Below, in pieces: positions 8,801 to 17,515 of a stretch of 64,000 nucleotides of DNA. Location: NCBI GenBank assembly GCA_023133295.1, contig JAGLWT010000133.1:5054-69053 (forward strand), read 5' to 3'. The translations under genes and the position numbers were made by a program. Origin of the DNA: a bacterium (GTDB lineage: Bacteria; AUK180). The notes below the pieces were generated by a model. The model was given only the letters and a program-made list of their open reading frames with translations. It did not search any database and was not told where the DNA came from. Position 1 is the first letter of the stretch. The number at the start of each line of letters is the position of its first letter.

Positions 8801-11141
8801 CCGAATCAGCATTGATATCCAGAGTAAATGTAATTTCATGCCCTATGGGACAACCTGAATCAACTAAAAAAGCAAAGTTTGTCTCTGAAATTCCGGTATT
8901 GCTGAAAGGAATATCTGGATAAGTTGAATAATTTTGTGTTATTGTAACATTAGAATCCAGAGTTGATAAAGTTGCATTTACACCCGTTGCATCTGCATAG
9001 CCTTCATTTTGAAGAGTTATGGGCATTATAATGTTTTCACCGGGTTGTGCGACTCCATTGTCATTTTCAGCACTGTCATCAATAGAATGTGAATTATACA
9101 CAACAATTGGATATGGATCGGAACAATTACATGGTTCAATCTCAAGTGACCAGGAATTCAAAGTTCCCTCATCTCCTATCGCGGCATCATAAATATGTAA
9201 TTCCCAAATACCCCATGTCTTTTCACCGTTAAAATCATCCATTACACCGGGACCATCAGGTATAGTAATATTGTCATAAGTCGTAATAATATCATCGTCA
9301 CCACCACCGGTTCTATTATGTAAATAAACTGCAGTTCCCGTAGGAGAAACCAATTTAATGATCAGATCCATGATATATGTATGAGAAATATCTACGGATA
9401 CCAGGATATCGGCAATATCGCAAAATTCCGAAATATTGATTGTGCTTATAATTGTGTTCTTATCTGTAATTGGAATTGGAGTATCCATTGAAGAAGGGAC
9501 AATTTTACCTACCATTTCGGTAAATTCGTTTGTATTTGTGTAACCTGTATCTGCACTAATAGACAGGACAAATTCAATTTGATGACCTAAAGGACAACCT
9601 CCATCGATAGAGAATTCATAACTTGAATTAGAAGTCTCGCTTCCGTTGCTTGCAATATTTGGATAAGTAGAAGAGTTTTGGATCATGGTTACATATGTAT
9701 CTGTTGTAGATAATACAGCACTTACATTTGTTGCCCCGTCAGTTCCCATATTACTCATAGTAATATCCATTTTAACGGTCTCACCAGGATCAATAAAACT
9801 ATTATTATTTCCACCTACTGAATCATCGATTGTCCTTGATCTAAAAGTTATTAATAAGGGAACGGGACAACCATCACCCCTAAGGAAATTATTCCAAAAT
9901 GTAATAGGGGCGACATCTGTTCCATCATAAAGTGTGTCGTAAGGGTCTGTAGGATATTGATAATAAATGGCAGTCCCATGACAATCAGGATGATCAGAAC
10001 GGACAAAATTCCTTGAAACAGCTGCAATATAAGCAGTCTGGACATCTATTGCCGCGTTTTTCACACTCATTGGTAAATTTGATATGCCAATATTTAATGT
10101 TAAATCATACAGGTCAATTTGATTATACCATGGATAGGAAGTGTGCATTTCATACGTTGCAGCTCTAATATTATTGATTTCTACACCATAGCCTGATTCT
10201 CTGGCACACATCAGTTCCTGAGCAAGTGTATTGATTGTTGAGTTGAAAGCAGGGAGCAGTGAAAGGTCAACTGATGCGAGTGTATAGCCTGTGTTCGAAG
10301 GATCCGGAGCATTATTCCCGTCATCTCCATTTTCATAAGCTTCAACTATGTAGTCAGAAAGTTGTTTTGCTGTTAAATTGCCACTTGCCTGGTCCAATTT
10401 CTCTAAAAAGTACCAGTAACTCCAGCCATCGTTCCACTCAGGTCTCTCTGATGCAACAAAGAAATCGAAATAAGGTTCACTGGCAACCATGTTTTCCCAC
10501 ATGCCGACCAAACAAGCATCATAACCGACACCTGCCCATTTCCCAACACCGGCATAGGTGATTATCTCAGCAAAAGCGCCTTGAATATCACCATTACAGA
10601 AGTTTAAATAATATTGACTCATTGTCGTATCATCAGTGTCCGCAGGACCATCAAAATCATAACAGACTGCTTTGTCTCCTGTGTTATCATCGCCTACGGC
10701 TCTTTTAATACCTCTGGCTCTCCAACCTTCACCATGATCCCAGAGTATCAAGAAATAATTGTCGGCAGGATAGTTATCGTGAGTCCATTTACAGAAATCT
10801 ACAAGTATTTCCGGGTCTCCCATATTGGGCTCGCCGATATCAGAAACCTCATTACCTACGATCGGAGTCATTCCCTGGGTAATATGGAACCTTTTACAGG
10901 TTGTCCAATCACCATAATTGGTGGAATAGCCTGTACTACGGTCAAGTTGGACTACAATATCGAAGTCCGCAGTGGAACCAACGATCGCCATCTCAATAAA
11001 GTCATCAAGAGCAGCCGTTTCCAGGTCATTGTCTGCAGCCATATAGACCATTACTGTCCATTTTGCTGAATATGCATTGATACATAACAGTAGTGAAAAG
11101 ATAAGCAGTATGAATCTTGTTTTAGAATAGATCTTTTTCAT
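5823..11141 (-). CDS. Giant secreted multidomain cysteine protease: clostripain-like (peptidase C11) catalytic domain, CARDB/Ig-like repeats, three proprotein-convertase P-domains, TolB-like beta-propeller region, T9SS-type C-terminal sorting domain
   Basis: 1772 aa. Signal peptide MKKIYSKTRFILLIFSLLLCINAYSA. C11 hallmarks KWTVMVYMAADNDLE, His in LILWDHGEGW and catalytic Cys in GVGYDACLVGMWE. Three repeats of the P-domain motif (DLIIKLVSPTGTAVYLHNRTGGGDDDI, DLVVELTSPTGTIVRLHDRSGGTVDDI, DLIVELTSPLNTIVRLHNKTGFGDDDI). TolB-like WD40 stretch (ISWTPDDNYVVFTSTASYGQLHIRKIKADG). C-terminal ~80 aa resemble a T9SS CTD (LYPNPCTS...SGIYIIIITPASGKSVVKKVAVIK). Confidence 0.75.
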   Translation of the reverse strand: MKKIYSKTRFILLIFSLLLCINAYSAKWTVMVYMAADNDLETAALDDFIEMAIVGSTADFDIVVQLDRSTGYSTNYGDWTTCKRFHITQGMTPIVGNEVSDIGEPNMGDPEILVDFCKWTHDNYPADNYFLILWDHGEGWRARGIKRAVGDDNTGDKAVCYDFDGPADTDDTTMSQYYLNFCNGDIQGAFAEIITYAGVGKWAGVGYDACLVGMWENMVASEPYFDFFVASERPEWNDGWSYWYFLEKLDQASGNLTAKQLSDYIVEAYENGDDGNNAPDPSNTGYTLASVDLSLLPAFNSTINTLAQELMCARESGYGVEINNIRAATYEMHTSYPWYNQIDLYDLTLNIGISNLPMSVKNAAIDVQTAYIAAVSRNFVRSDHPDCHGTAIYYQYPTDPYDTLYDGTDVAPITFWNNFLRGDGCPVPLLITFRSRTIDDSVGGNNNSFIDPGETVKMDITMSNMGTDGATNVSAVLSTTDTYVTMIQNSSTYPNIASNGSETSNSSYEFSIDGGCPLGHQIEFVLSISADTGYTNTNEFTEMVGKIVPSSMDTPIPITDKNTIISTINISEFCDIADILVSVDISHTYIMDLIIKLVSPTGTAVYLHNRTGGGDDDIITTYDNITIPDGPGVMDDFNGEKTWGIWELHIYDAAIGDEGTLNSWSLEIEPCNCSDPYPIVVYNSHSIDDSAENDNGVAQPGENIIMPITLQNEGYADATGVNATLSTLDSNVTITQNYSTYPDIPFSNTGISETNFAFLVDSGCPIGHEITFTLDINADSGYTNQINFTVVVSEFIVSSADTPINIPAWDAVGIESIINVPYSCNIVDIFVSVDIAHNYTGDLVVELTSPTGTIVRLHDRSGGTVDDIYTIYDSTTVPDGPGSMPDFDGENSIGEWKLHVSDHDSWATIGTLNSWSVILHLDTCTQPLPEIVYDSHAIDDSTGGNNNGIAESGEQIDMSVTLRNIWYGEATNISAVLSTGCTYITFSDDTASYLDLSFDETSECLTPYQFDVYSGLPMDYEVTFDLNITSDEGTWSDTFIVTINPSGTGCDWYVSTDTPIAIPDSEPAGITSIINITEHIDILEINCLVDITHTYKGDLIVELTSPLNTIVRLHNKTGFGDDDIYTVYDSTTAPSGPGTMDDFIGEDAFGNWELFVSDTGGGDTGTLNEWQLEICSNAQSDIDLDSASAGAGIFHPEWSWKNSPRKIAYIHRDSGGISNIRVINDDGSGMITITNSLDIVSHLSQISWTPDDNYVVFTSTASYGQLHIRKIKADGTEAGNSSLFQPSLIYWRCIDPDYGDKLNQFNEKERIITSISGDIWVYEPNNTIDPDSGLKRITHLSDPYLDLSQTDKLLQPHWNGDNTEIVFVRRPACIDNEVADTNIWKAVDIQDIISGLSNPIGDPDGDGTGGDWGDTRLISIGTTTHPEYSPSFSINGSKIAYNCDVLDSFNNCNFRFDPISEVSNSNFDVYINNNPQSGYCETINEGFLKWSSGGGDRFAFINENAGLFSLKTVYDETVGGFLKGNFRIDGDYLIIEDSSRTKLSIPLDIASHYPEFSIQSVSHIDSNKSNLIPIGEFRRVSIPGEVDEVNFPKKLTLRIYYTYEEVMDYSEEQLELRRYTDGKWEYVDSYCVDDIDGNPDNDKYDGGFIIAGIEGIGNYGIFVNTNKTVSKNYDADLLRLYPNPCTSANGDSFVIMDHFGDIENIEDITIYTIFGEIVATYRNAVKHYNDGNDFLRWDLENDSGFSVASGIYIIIITPASGKSVVKKVAVIK

Positions 11142-11416
11142 TTTTTCCTCGCTGCGGAGATATTAATCATTAGTATAATTATACCATCCTCTGGATTATT
11201 ATTTGTGGATACGAAAAAAAGGGGGTACGACCGCATTACTGGATCATTTTTAAGAAATCTAAGGAAATTCTTTTCCATTTCTCCGTTAGAAAATGCCTCT
11301 CTTCTCCATACATTCCCATTCATTACACGGCGATACGGATTTCAGACATTAATCCTACTCCTTTGCTATTTGACTATATCATAAAAGAAAATAATATACA
11401 AATTTCTGCTGGGTAA

Positions 11417-11515
11417 GGGGACGGTGTTTCACTTCTTTCACTTACTTATTGCTCCTCACAAATATTGGGGCCGGTAGTCGTAACAAAGTAAAAAGTAAAA
11501 ATACGATACCTTTTT
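11417..11515 (+). repeat. Copy B of the ~100-nt intergenic repeat family
   Basis: GGGGACGGTGTTTCACTTCTTTCACTTACTTATTGCTCCTCACAAATATTGGGGCCGGTAGTCGTAACAAAGTAAAAAGTAAAAATACGATACCTTTTT. Located in the divergent region between the protease start and the lipoprotein gene. Confidence 0.7.
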
Positions 11516-11619
11516 AAGAAGAAAATATGTTATAATTCCTATGGATTTACTTCCGTGAAAAAAAATAGTTGAATGGGCAGTTGAATCATTTAAGACTGCC
11601 ATAAACCGAGGGAGGTTTT

Positions 11620-12483
11620 ATGAAACGATCTTATTTATTCCACAGTAGCAAAAGGGCGATCTCCCTTTTGATAATCATGCTGATCCTTACACTTTATTCC
11701 TGTTCCAATTTCGAAACCAAACAACCCGAGATCCTGACCTTTGAACAATTGCAGAAAATGGAGTATAAAACTCCCTATATTATTGACCTTCAGAAAGGGA
11801 AAAAGCATCTGATTTTTTATGGATCAGACCACACGAATGATCCTGCAAATCCAATGTTTGACGATATTGAAAAGCGATTTCTTGATATGCAGCCCGACAT
11901 TGCCTTTAATGAGGGGGGAGACCCGCCTTCACTTGATGATAGAAAGATAGCCATGGAAAAATTCGGAGAAGCGGGATTGCTCAAGCATTTGGGTAAGAAG
12001 CATAATGTCCCGGTCAAGAATGTCGAACCGACACTTCAAGATCAATTTGACTATTTTCTGAAGAAATATTCAAGAAATGATCTATTATTAATGTATTTTT
12101 GCCGGCAGATACTGCAAATACAGAGAATGAGCCAGACTATGGATGTTGATTTTAATAATTATATATACGGATTTTTAAAGCAGCTTCAAAAAGAAGGATT
12201 CCCCATTTCCGATGAAGAGGCAACCTTGAAATACGCAATCACCGTTTATGAGGATTTCTTTAAGGAGAAATTCGATTGGAAGACCTTTGACCGTAAGAAT
12301 ATTTCTCCTATGGGTAATGAGAGTGTTTTAAATGAAATATCTAGAGAGTCAGGTCAATTTCGTGATAAATATATAGTAAACTTAATTTCTGATGCTCTGA
12401 AGAAGTATGACAGGGTGTTTGTCGTCATGGGGTCGGGGCACGCAGTCAAGCAGGAACCTGTATTAAAAAGTTTTTTCAAATAG
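11620..12483 (+). CDS. Lipoprotein of the TraB/GumN/Tiki superfamily (GxxH ... GxGH motifs)
   Basis: 287 aa. Signal peptide with lipobox LTLYSCS. HLIFYGSDHTNDP ... PDIAFNEGG near the N-terminus and VFVVMGSGHAV near the C-terminus resemble the paired His motifs of the TraB/PrgY/GumN family. Confidence 0.45.
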   Translation: MKRSYLFHSSKRAISLLIIMLILTLYSCSNFETKQPEILTFEQLQKMEYKTPYIIDLQKGKKHLIFYGSDHTNDPANPMFDDIEKRFLDMQPDIAFNEGGDPPSLDDRKIAMEKFGEAGLLKHLGKKHNVPVKNVEPTLQDQFDYFLKKYSRNDLLLMYFCRQILQIQRMSQTMDVDFNNYIYGFLKQLQKEGFPISDEEATLKYAITVYEDFFKEKFDWKTFDRKNISPMGNESVLNEISRESGQFRDKYIVNLISDALKKYDRVFVVMGSGHAVKQEPVLKSFFK

Positions 12484-12546
12484 TATAAGGGGCCGGTGGT
12501 GGACAAAGTGGACATTTCCAAGGGAAATCCCAATATATTTTTAGAT

Positions 12547-12640
12547 ATGTTTCACTTTTTTCACTTATTTATTGTTCCTCACAGATATTGAAGCCAGTAA
12601 TCGGAAAAAGTAAAAGGTAAAGATACGATACCCTTTCCCT
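12547..12640 (+). repeat. Copy C (more diverged) of the intergenic repeat family
   Basis: ATGTTTCACTTTTTTCACTTATTTATTGTTCCTCACAGATATTGAAGCCAGTAATCGGAAAAAGTAAAAGGTAAAGATACGATACCCTTTCCC. Lies between convergent genes. A partial submotif GGGGCCGGTGGT also occurs just upstream at 12489-12500. Confidence 0.6.
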
Positions 12641-12658
12641 TTTCCTTTCTCTTTCTTT

Positions 12659-13270
12659 CTACCCGTACATTCTTCTGATATCCGGCAGCTCCAGTGTATA
12701 GTAATGTATCCAGACATAGGTATAATTGAATATCGCGAGCAGCAAGCCGGCAGACGAATTGAAAAGAAGCCCCGGAACCAGCAATATAAGCAATGCATAG
12801 GTGTACATCGCATTTTTACTGTATTTGAACATTCCACGCTTTTCAAACGGCAGGCTTCGATATGTTTCATCAAAATGATCCTGTCCTGTCGCTCTCAATA
12901 ATCCGAAATATTTATACACGGAATAGAATGCGTAAACCGCAGGGACGGTGACAATTGCGGCTAATATATACAAAATGAGAGAATTGAATCCAAGGGATCC
13001 TCTATTGGAAATAGCCAGAAGGAGAACCACTGCCATTCTTGCAAAGAATAAAAGAAAAAAGCCGGCGGCGTAAACATAAAATCCTGTCTTGGGCATAAGT
13101 TTAGTGATGAATCCTAAGTGCAGCTGCATTCTCCAGCAGAACCATACATATGTCTGATGGGCAAAGGCGGTGATAATGGAAATAATGAACCATGTCCTTG
13201 TAGCGATTCCAAAAAGCTCGCCGTCAAGAATGCCCTTGATCCCGGAGCCCAGATAAACCAAATACAGCAA
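12659..13270 (-). CDS. Membrane methyltransferase-like protein (isoprenylcysteine carboxyl methyltransferase / PEMT-like family)
   Basis: 203 aa with 4-5 TM helices. The C-terminal region KRGMFKYSKNAMYTYALL ... HYYTLELPDIRRMYG resembles the RHPxY ... EE..L..FG..Y motif region of ICMT/PEMT-family enzymes. Confidence 0.4.
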   Translation of the reverse strand: MLYLVYLGSGIKGILDGELFGIATRTWFIISIITAFAHQTYVWFCWRMQLHLGFITKLMPKTGFYVYAAGFFLLFFARMAVVLLLAISNRGSLGFNSLILYILAAIVTVPAVYAFYSVYKYFGLLRATGQDHFDETYRSLPFEKRGMFKYSKNAMYTYALLILLVPGLLFNSSAGLLLAIFNYTYVWIHYYTLELPDIRRMYG

Positions 13271-13423
13271 GACAGCCAGTAATGGATATAATATTAATTG
13301 TCCCTAGAATATCTTTTTCAGTTTGGATTCTTCGTGCTTATTTTGTTCATTATTCATTTCTTCATTCTCTTTTGTTCCACTGGGACACTGGTGCACTGGG
13401 TCCACTGCGAAGCGTGAGTAAAG

Positions 13424-13475
13424 GGAGGGTGTTTCACTTCTTTCACTTACTTAGTGTTCCTCATCCTTCAGTCTC
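13424..13475 (+). repeat. Copy D (5' half only) of the intergenic repeat family
   Basis: GGGAGGGTGTTTCACTTCTTTCACTTACTTAGTGTTCCTCA, then divergent sequence. An inverted copy of the submotif GGGGCCGGTGG lies nearby at 13531-13542. Confidence 0.55.
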
Positions 13476-13525
13476 TCTTTTTAATTTCTCTCTGCATCAA
13501 CCTTCAACCTGTAACTTTCAACTTT

Positions 13526-14089
13526 TCAACCACCGGCCCCATTTTTTGCCAAATACAGGAGCCGACAAGCATATTCCAGACGCTCAAGGTTTATATATGC
13601 GGATAAGAGGTCTTCGCCGAAAGCAATGGCTCCATGCCTATCAAGGATCATCGCCTTGATGCCGTCATATGCCGCCGAAGCGGCGGCGGCAGCCAGATCG
13701 GCGGAGCCGGCTGGATAATATTTCACAACGGGAACATCCCCAAGCATATCGCCGCCCTCGGGAATCTGTGTCAGATCGATCTCTACTCCCTTAAGCGTTA
13801 ATGCCGTTGTATGAACGGGATGCGCATGGATGATGGCATTGATATTCGGTAAAGCGGCGTACAGGCCGAGATGCATTGAAGTCTCCATCGACGGCGCTGC
13901 CGTACCCTTGATGACCCTCCCTTTTATATCCACGGTAATGATATTATCCTCCAGCACCATTGATTTTGGAATGCCGGAGGGAGTTATTTGAAAATGACCG
14001 CCCTGTATCCTTTGCGACAGATTTCCCTGATTCGATGTTACATATCCCCTTTCATAGATGAGTTTTGAAAATCGGACAATCGAGCTCAA
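13526..14089 (-). CDS. Class II aldolase/adducin-family protein (L-fuculose-phosphate aldolase / ribulose-5-phosphate 4-epimerase-like)
   Basis: 187 aa. RGYVTSNQGNLSQRI ... ITPSG near the N-terminus, metal-binding His-rich block AIIHAHPVHTTALT, and a C-terminal ILDRHGAIAFGEDL, all typical of class II aldolases. Confidence 0.7.
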   Translation of the reverse strand: MSSIVRFSKLIYERGYVTSNQGNLSQRIQGGHFQITPSGIPKSMVLEDNIITVDIKGRVIKGTAAPSMETSMHLGLYAALPNINAIIHAHPVHTTALTLKGVEIDLTQIPEGGDMLGDVPVVKYYPAGSADLAAAAASAAYDGIKAMILDRHGAIAFGEDLLSAYINLERLEYACRLLYLAKNGAGG

Positions 14090-16047
14090 TTAAGAAACTC
14101 CGGCCTCTCCACCTTGCCGCTATTGAGAAGGACTTCGAATTCCTCATCTGTGAGGCGTTTATCCATCGGCATTTTAAACTCATAATAATTGAATACCGGT
14201 CCGGCAAAAGCAACTTTTTCCCCTGCCTTCTCCACGGATAGCAGGATGGAAAAACCGCCGACTCCCTCTTCAAGCACCATTGATGAATTGCCATCGGTGT
14301 GAACATCGGCGATCAGAACGGCTTTTTTTGTTTTCTCGTCGATATTTTTAAAGATACGGCCGATAAGATCCGGGAATTTATAAAAATACTCACCGTCATT
14401 CTCGCTCAATACTCCTTTGTTCTCAAGTATTTCAAGCATGCGGGATGACATCTTGGAAAGAATGATGAATTTTTCGTGCATATCGTAGTCATCATTGAAA
14501 AAACCACCCGCCATATCAGTCAGCTTGAGAAAACGGGTCCAGAATTCAACATTATTTTCCGGAAATCCCGCAAGTAAATTCTTCTTAGGCCCCGGACGAG
14601 GTCTGAAAGATGTCGCCTTCATCGTATATGACTGCTTCACATAAAGAATCGTATCATGTCTCAATTCAGCCCAAGAACCAAGAAAGCTCCTCGCAATACG
14701 CTTCTCCCACTTTTTGTTTTTCGGAATATTATCCAAAAGAGCGGAGAGTGTATGTATCCATCCGGTATATACCGTGGAATACCACTCATCTTCCTTCATG
14801 GAAGAAAAGACCTTTCGCATCTTGTCCATCATTTCATCGTAGCCTTCATAATTTGAGTCCCCGGTAAGAGAAAGGACAGAGGCGGCGTAATCGAATCCCA
14901 GCACATTCAGAAGGTCCAATCCGCGGGGCATTCCTCGTACTCCGCCGGATAATGTGAACGGAGCGGGGGATTTTCCTTCATATTTGTCCACCCACGGAAA
15001 AACAAGGCGTGAGAATAAAAAGGAGTCCAGTACAAATCGCTGACCGAAGAAGCGCAGGCCTTTTGTTGCTTTGAGGTTTTCCTCCCCTTCCGCTTTATTC
15101 TCGGCGCTAAGGTCGCCAAGACCGGAATATATCATCGGCGCGGGAAGCTTGGCTACACCATTTCTGAAATTTACGACCTCGCTTTCCGATAGAGAATTGA
15201 AGCCGTTAACACCGGGATGCTGAAAACGCAAAGCGTCATAATGGGTCAGGATCAGATCATCCGAACGGCCGATCAAAAAAGAAATGGGGTCAAAGATCTG
15301 ATGCCATTTTTCGTTTAATACGGTATTGCCGACCACATTTACGGTCAGGATGATCGCGGCGGCGGTCTGCCGGTTCAATTCGTCCTCACTTACCTTTTTA
15401 TTCTGGGCAAGAAATGTCATTCTTCCCATATACATCATCGCCTTAAAATAATTCTTCAGTTCCTGCGTTCTCGTATAATGCCCGCGGGGTTTATATTGAG
15501 AATAATCCTCTTTGTATTTAAAGAGATGACTTTCCTCAAAACCGCTAGCTTCCGTAATAAGTTTCAACTCGCTTTTTTCTTTATTGTTCAGAACTATCGA
15601 AGAAGGCCCGTTGAGTAGAGCATATGACACTTTCAGATATGATATCAGGAGTTCAAGGCCGTCTCGTGATAATTGGGAGTGATATTCATGTTTTTCCACG
15701 GTCCTGATCGTATCTTTTAAAAGCTCCGACAGCGCGGGAATGAATTCATTGGTCTCTTTTCTCTGCAGCGACTTGTCAAAAAGGACATGGAAGATGTGTG
15801 TAACCGCGTCGGAAGTGATGAGGATCGGTATTTTCCTGTTTCTCAGATTTCGGTAAAATCTCTCCAGATCGGGTTCATACCCCTCAACGATAGCCCACCC
15901 TTCGATTCGGATGTCCTGAGGAAGCGTAAATGATTCTTCTATTTGTTTAAGGTTTACGGGTTCGAAACCTTTTTTTGCCTTGCGCATGCCAAACGGCACG
16001 CTGAGCAGCAGAACCACCATTATCAATACCAATATACTCTTTCTCAT
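14086..16047 (-). CDS. Hypothetical secreted protein (653 aa), unknown function
   Basis: Long ORF with an N-terminal signal peptide (MRKSILVLIMVVLLLSVPFG). No motif recognised with confidence; possibly a DUF3160-like protein. Its 4-nt overlap with the downstream aldolase gene suggests co-transcription. Confidence 0.5.
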   Translation of the reverse strand: MRKSILVLIMVVLLLSVPFGMRKAKKGFEPVNLKQIEESFTLPQDIRIEGWAIVEGYEPDLERFYRNLRNRKIPILITSDAVTHIFHVLFDKSLQRKETNEFIPALSELLKDTIRTVEKHEYHSQLSRDGLELLISYLKVSYALLNGPSSIVLNNKEKSELKLITEASGFEESHLFKYKEDYSQYKPRGHYTRTQELKNYFKAMMYMGRMTFLAQNKKVSEDELNRQTAAAIILTVNVVGNTVLNEKWHQIFDPISFLIGRSDDLILTHYDALRFQHPGVNGFNSLSESEVVNFRNGVAKLPAPMIYSGLGDLSAENKAEGEENLKATKGLRFFGQRFVLDSFLFSRLVFPWVDKYEGKSPAPFTLSGGVRGMPRGLDLLNVLGFDYAASVLSLTGDSNYEGYDEMMDKMRKVFSSMKEDEWYSTVYTGWIHTLSALLDNIPKNKKWEKRIARSFLGSWAELRHDTILYVKQSYTMKATSFRPRPGPKKNLLAGFPENNVEFWTRFLKLTDMAGGFFNDDYDMHEKFIILSKMSSRMLEILENKGVLSENDGEYFYKFPDLIGRIFKNIDEKTKKAVLIADVHTDGNSSMVLEEGVGGFSILLSVEKAGEKVAFAGPVFNYYEFKMPMDKRLTDEEFEVLLNSGKVERPEFLN

Positions 16048-16153
16048 AGTACTCTCCTATATGAAATATCATATAATTTTTCCACGGGAAAATCAATTAT
16101 TGTGAATTTGAATGTGAATTTGAAAAAGAACGGCGCTTATCCTATAATACACC

Positions 16154-16519
16154 ATGGGACACAGTATAATGGGCCAAAGTATCGTTTTGGAAGAGAAAGG
16201 ATCGAAATTTCTCGGAGTTACTTTTACTATTAATTCAAAGGAGGAGATCTCCGGGCTTATGAAGATGTTGAAAAAAACAAAGCCGTATTCGAAAGGGACG
16301 CATTATATGTACGCCTATCGGATCGAGGCGGGCAGCGGCATTGATGAGGGTAAAAGCGATGATGGGGAGTCCGGAAGCGGAATAAACATACTTCAGGTAT
16401 TGAAAACAAAAAATGCTAGCAATGTTATAACCTTTGTTATCCGCTGGTACGGCGGCAAGCACCTGGGCGGGAAACGCTTCCGTCTGATCAAACAAGCAGC
16501 GGTACTCTCTCTGATTTAG
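16154..16519 (+). CDS. IMPACT/YigZ-family (UPF0029) N-terminal domain protein
   Basis: 121 aa. EEKGSKFLGVTF ... THYMYAYRI ... SDDGESGSGINILQVL ... VIRWYGGKHLGGKRF matches the conserved blocks of the IMPACT N-domain. Confidence 0.6.
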   Translation: MGHSIMGQSIVLEEKGSKFLGVTFTINSKEEISGLMKMLKKTKPYSKGTHYMYAYRIEAGSGIDEGKSDDGESGSGINILQVLKTKNASNVITFVIRWYGGKHLGGKRFRLIKQAAVLSLI

Positions 16520-16576
16520 GGTATACAATTGGACATTTTCCATTTAATTAATTATAATTTTAATATGAGGTACCGG

Positions 16577-17413
16577 ATGAAAAAGTATATTATTTCTATA
16601 ATATTGATATTCTTTGCTGTTAATGGGAGCTCCAGCGAATTACAGATGGATGTATTTGACCTTGATAATAATTATCTGGGCTGGGATCAATATGCTGTCC
16701 ATAAAAACGCAAGCTACAGCTCAGGCAAGGATAATTTTCCGATCACTTATTATATTTTTTCAGCGGGGCGTTATCTGGAAAAACAGATCTTTTCAAAGAG
16801 AAAGATCTCATCCAAGGACGAAGGTGGCTCTAAATTTATCAGCGGACATTCCCAGGATTCGGATTTTGAATCGGATAATTATAAGACCAAAGAGAAGGCC
16901 GCATATTCCGAACCCGACCACCTCTATCAGGGGATGATAGTGATTGATGACAAGGGGAATTGCGTTTATTTCAGGTCAGAAGAGGCGTTGCCGGATAATC
17001 CCGAACAAAAAAGAGAAGTAAAGGTACAGTGGGTACCCGAAAAAAAGGGGTATATATTTTCCATTTGGGACCCCAACGCATTGGAAAGCGAGCAGGTCGA
17101 GAAAGGTTTTCTGAACACCGGGCATATGATGCCTGTTCTATCGGGCTTTCCTTTTCTTTTTGATATCTTCAATACCGCATCAGAGACCAAAGAAGGAGAG
17201 GAACTCGAATTCATCGACCCTTATCACCTGAAGATGATCATCATAACGAAAAGTATGGCGACCCGGGATTCATTGACCCTTGATCAGGAGACCGTACAGG
17301 AGCCTAAAGGGAATACGCGCTTCTATCCAATAGAGGTGAAGGTCCTGGATACCGTGCTGGACAAGGGAAATCCCACAGACAGCAGGTTCATGCTCAAATA
17401 TAAGTTCAGATAG
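16577..17413 (+). CDS. Hypothetical secreted protein
   Basis: The ORF begins at 16529. The likely start is MKKYIISIILIFFAVNG at ~16577 (signal peptide). No recognisable domain. Confidence 0.45.
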   Translation: MKKYIISIILIFFAVNGSSSELQMDVFDLDNNYLGWDQYAVHKNASYSSGKDNFPITYYIFSAGRYLEKQIFSKRKISSKDEGGSKFISGHSQDSDFESDNYKTKEKAAYSEPDHLYQGMIVIDDKGNCVYFRSEEALPDNPEQKREVKVQWVPEKKGYIFSIWDPNALESEQVEKGFLNTGHMMPVLSGFPFLFDIFNTASETKEGEELEFIDPYHLKMIIITKSMATRDSLTLDQETVQEPKGNTRFYPIEVKVLDTVLDKGNPTDSRFMLKYKFR

Positions 17414-17438
17414 GGTATAAAACGGTACACAAGTGCAC

Positions 17439-17470
17439 AAGGCATAGAAGATTGTTCAAATGTTCAAATG
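17439..17470. repeat. Short tandem repeat (TGTTCAAA)x3
   Basis: gattgttcaaatgttcaaatgttcaaggttca in the intergenic region. Confidence 0.5.
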
Positions 17471-17515
17471 TTCAAGGTTCATCATTCCCACGCCGTTATC
17501 CTGAGATTTTTACGA

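Noticed and set aside
6997-11069. Antisense and alternate-frame ORFs inside the C11 protease gene (e.g. 7475-7786, 10259-10561, 10614-11069)
   Set aside because: They are embedded in a continuous 1772-aa ORF with coherent domain architecture. The low-complexity translated products are typical of frame shadows.
11138-11323. 61-aa ORF in the intergenic region upstream of the protease
   Set aside because: No RBS. It overlaps the protease start, and its composition looks like non-coding AT-rich sequence.
16235-16543. 102-aa antisense ORF overlapping the IMPACT-family gene
   Set aside because: Fully antisense to a gene with clear conserved blocks and no motif of its own.
17439-17470. Possible CRISPR array (TGTTCAAA repeats) and CRISPR search elsewhere in the window
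   Set aside because: Only three 8-nt units with no spacers. No 25-40-nt direct repeats separated by unique spacers were seen anywhere, and no cas genes.
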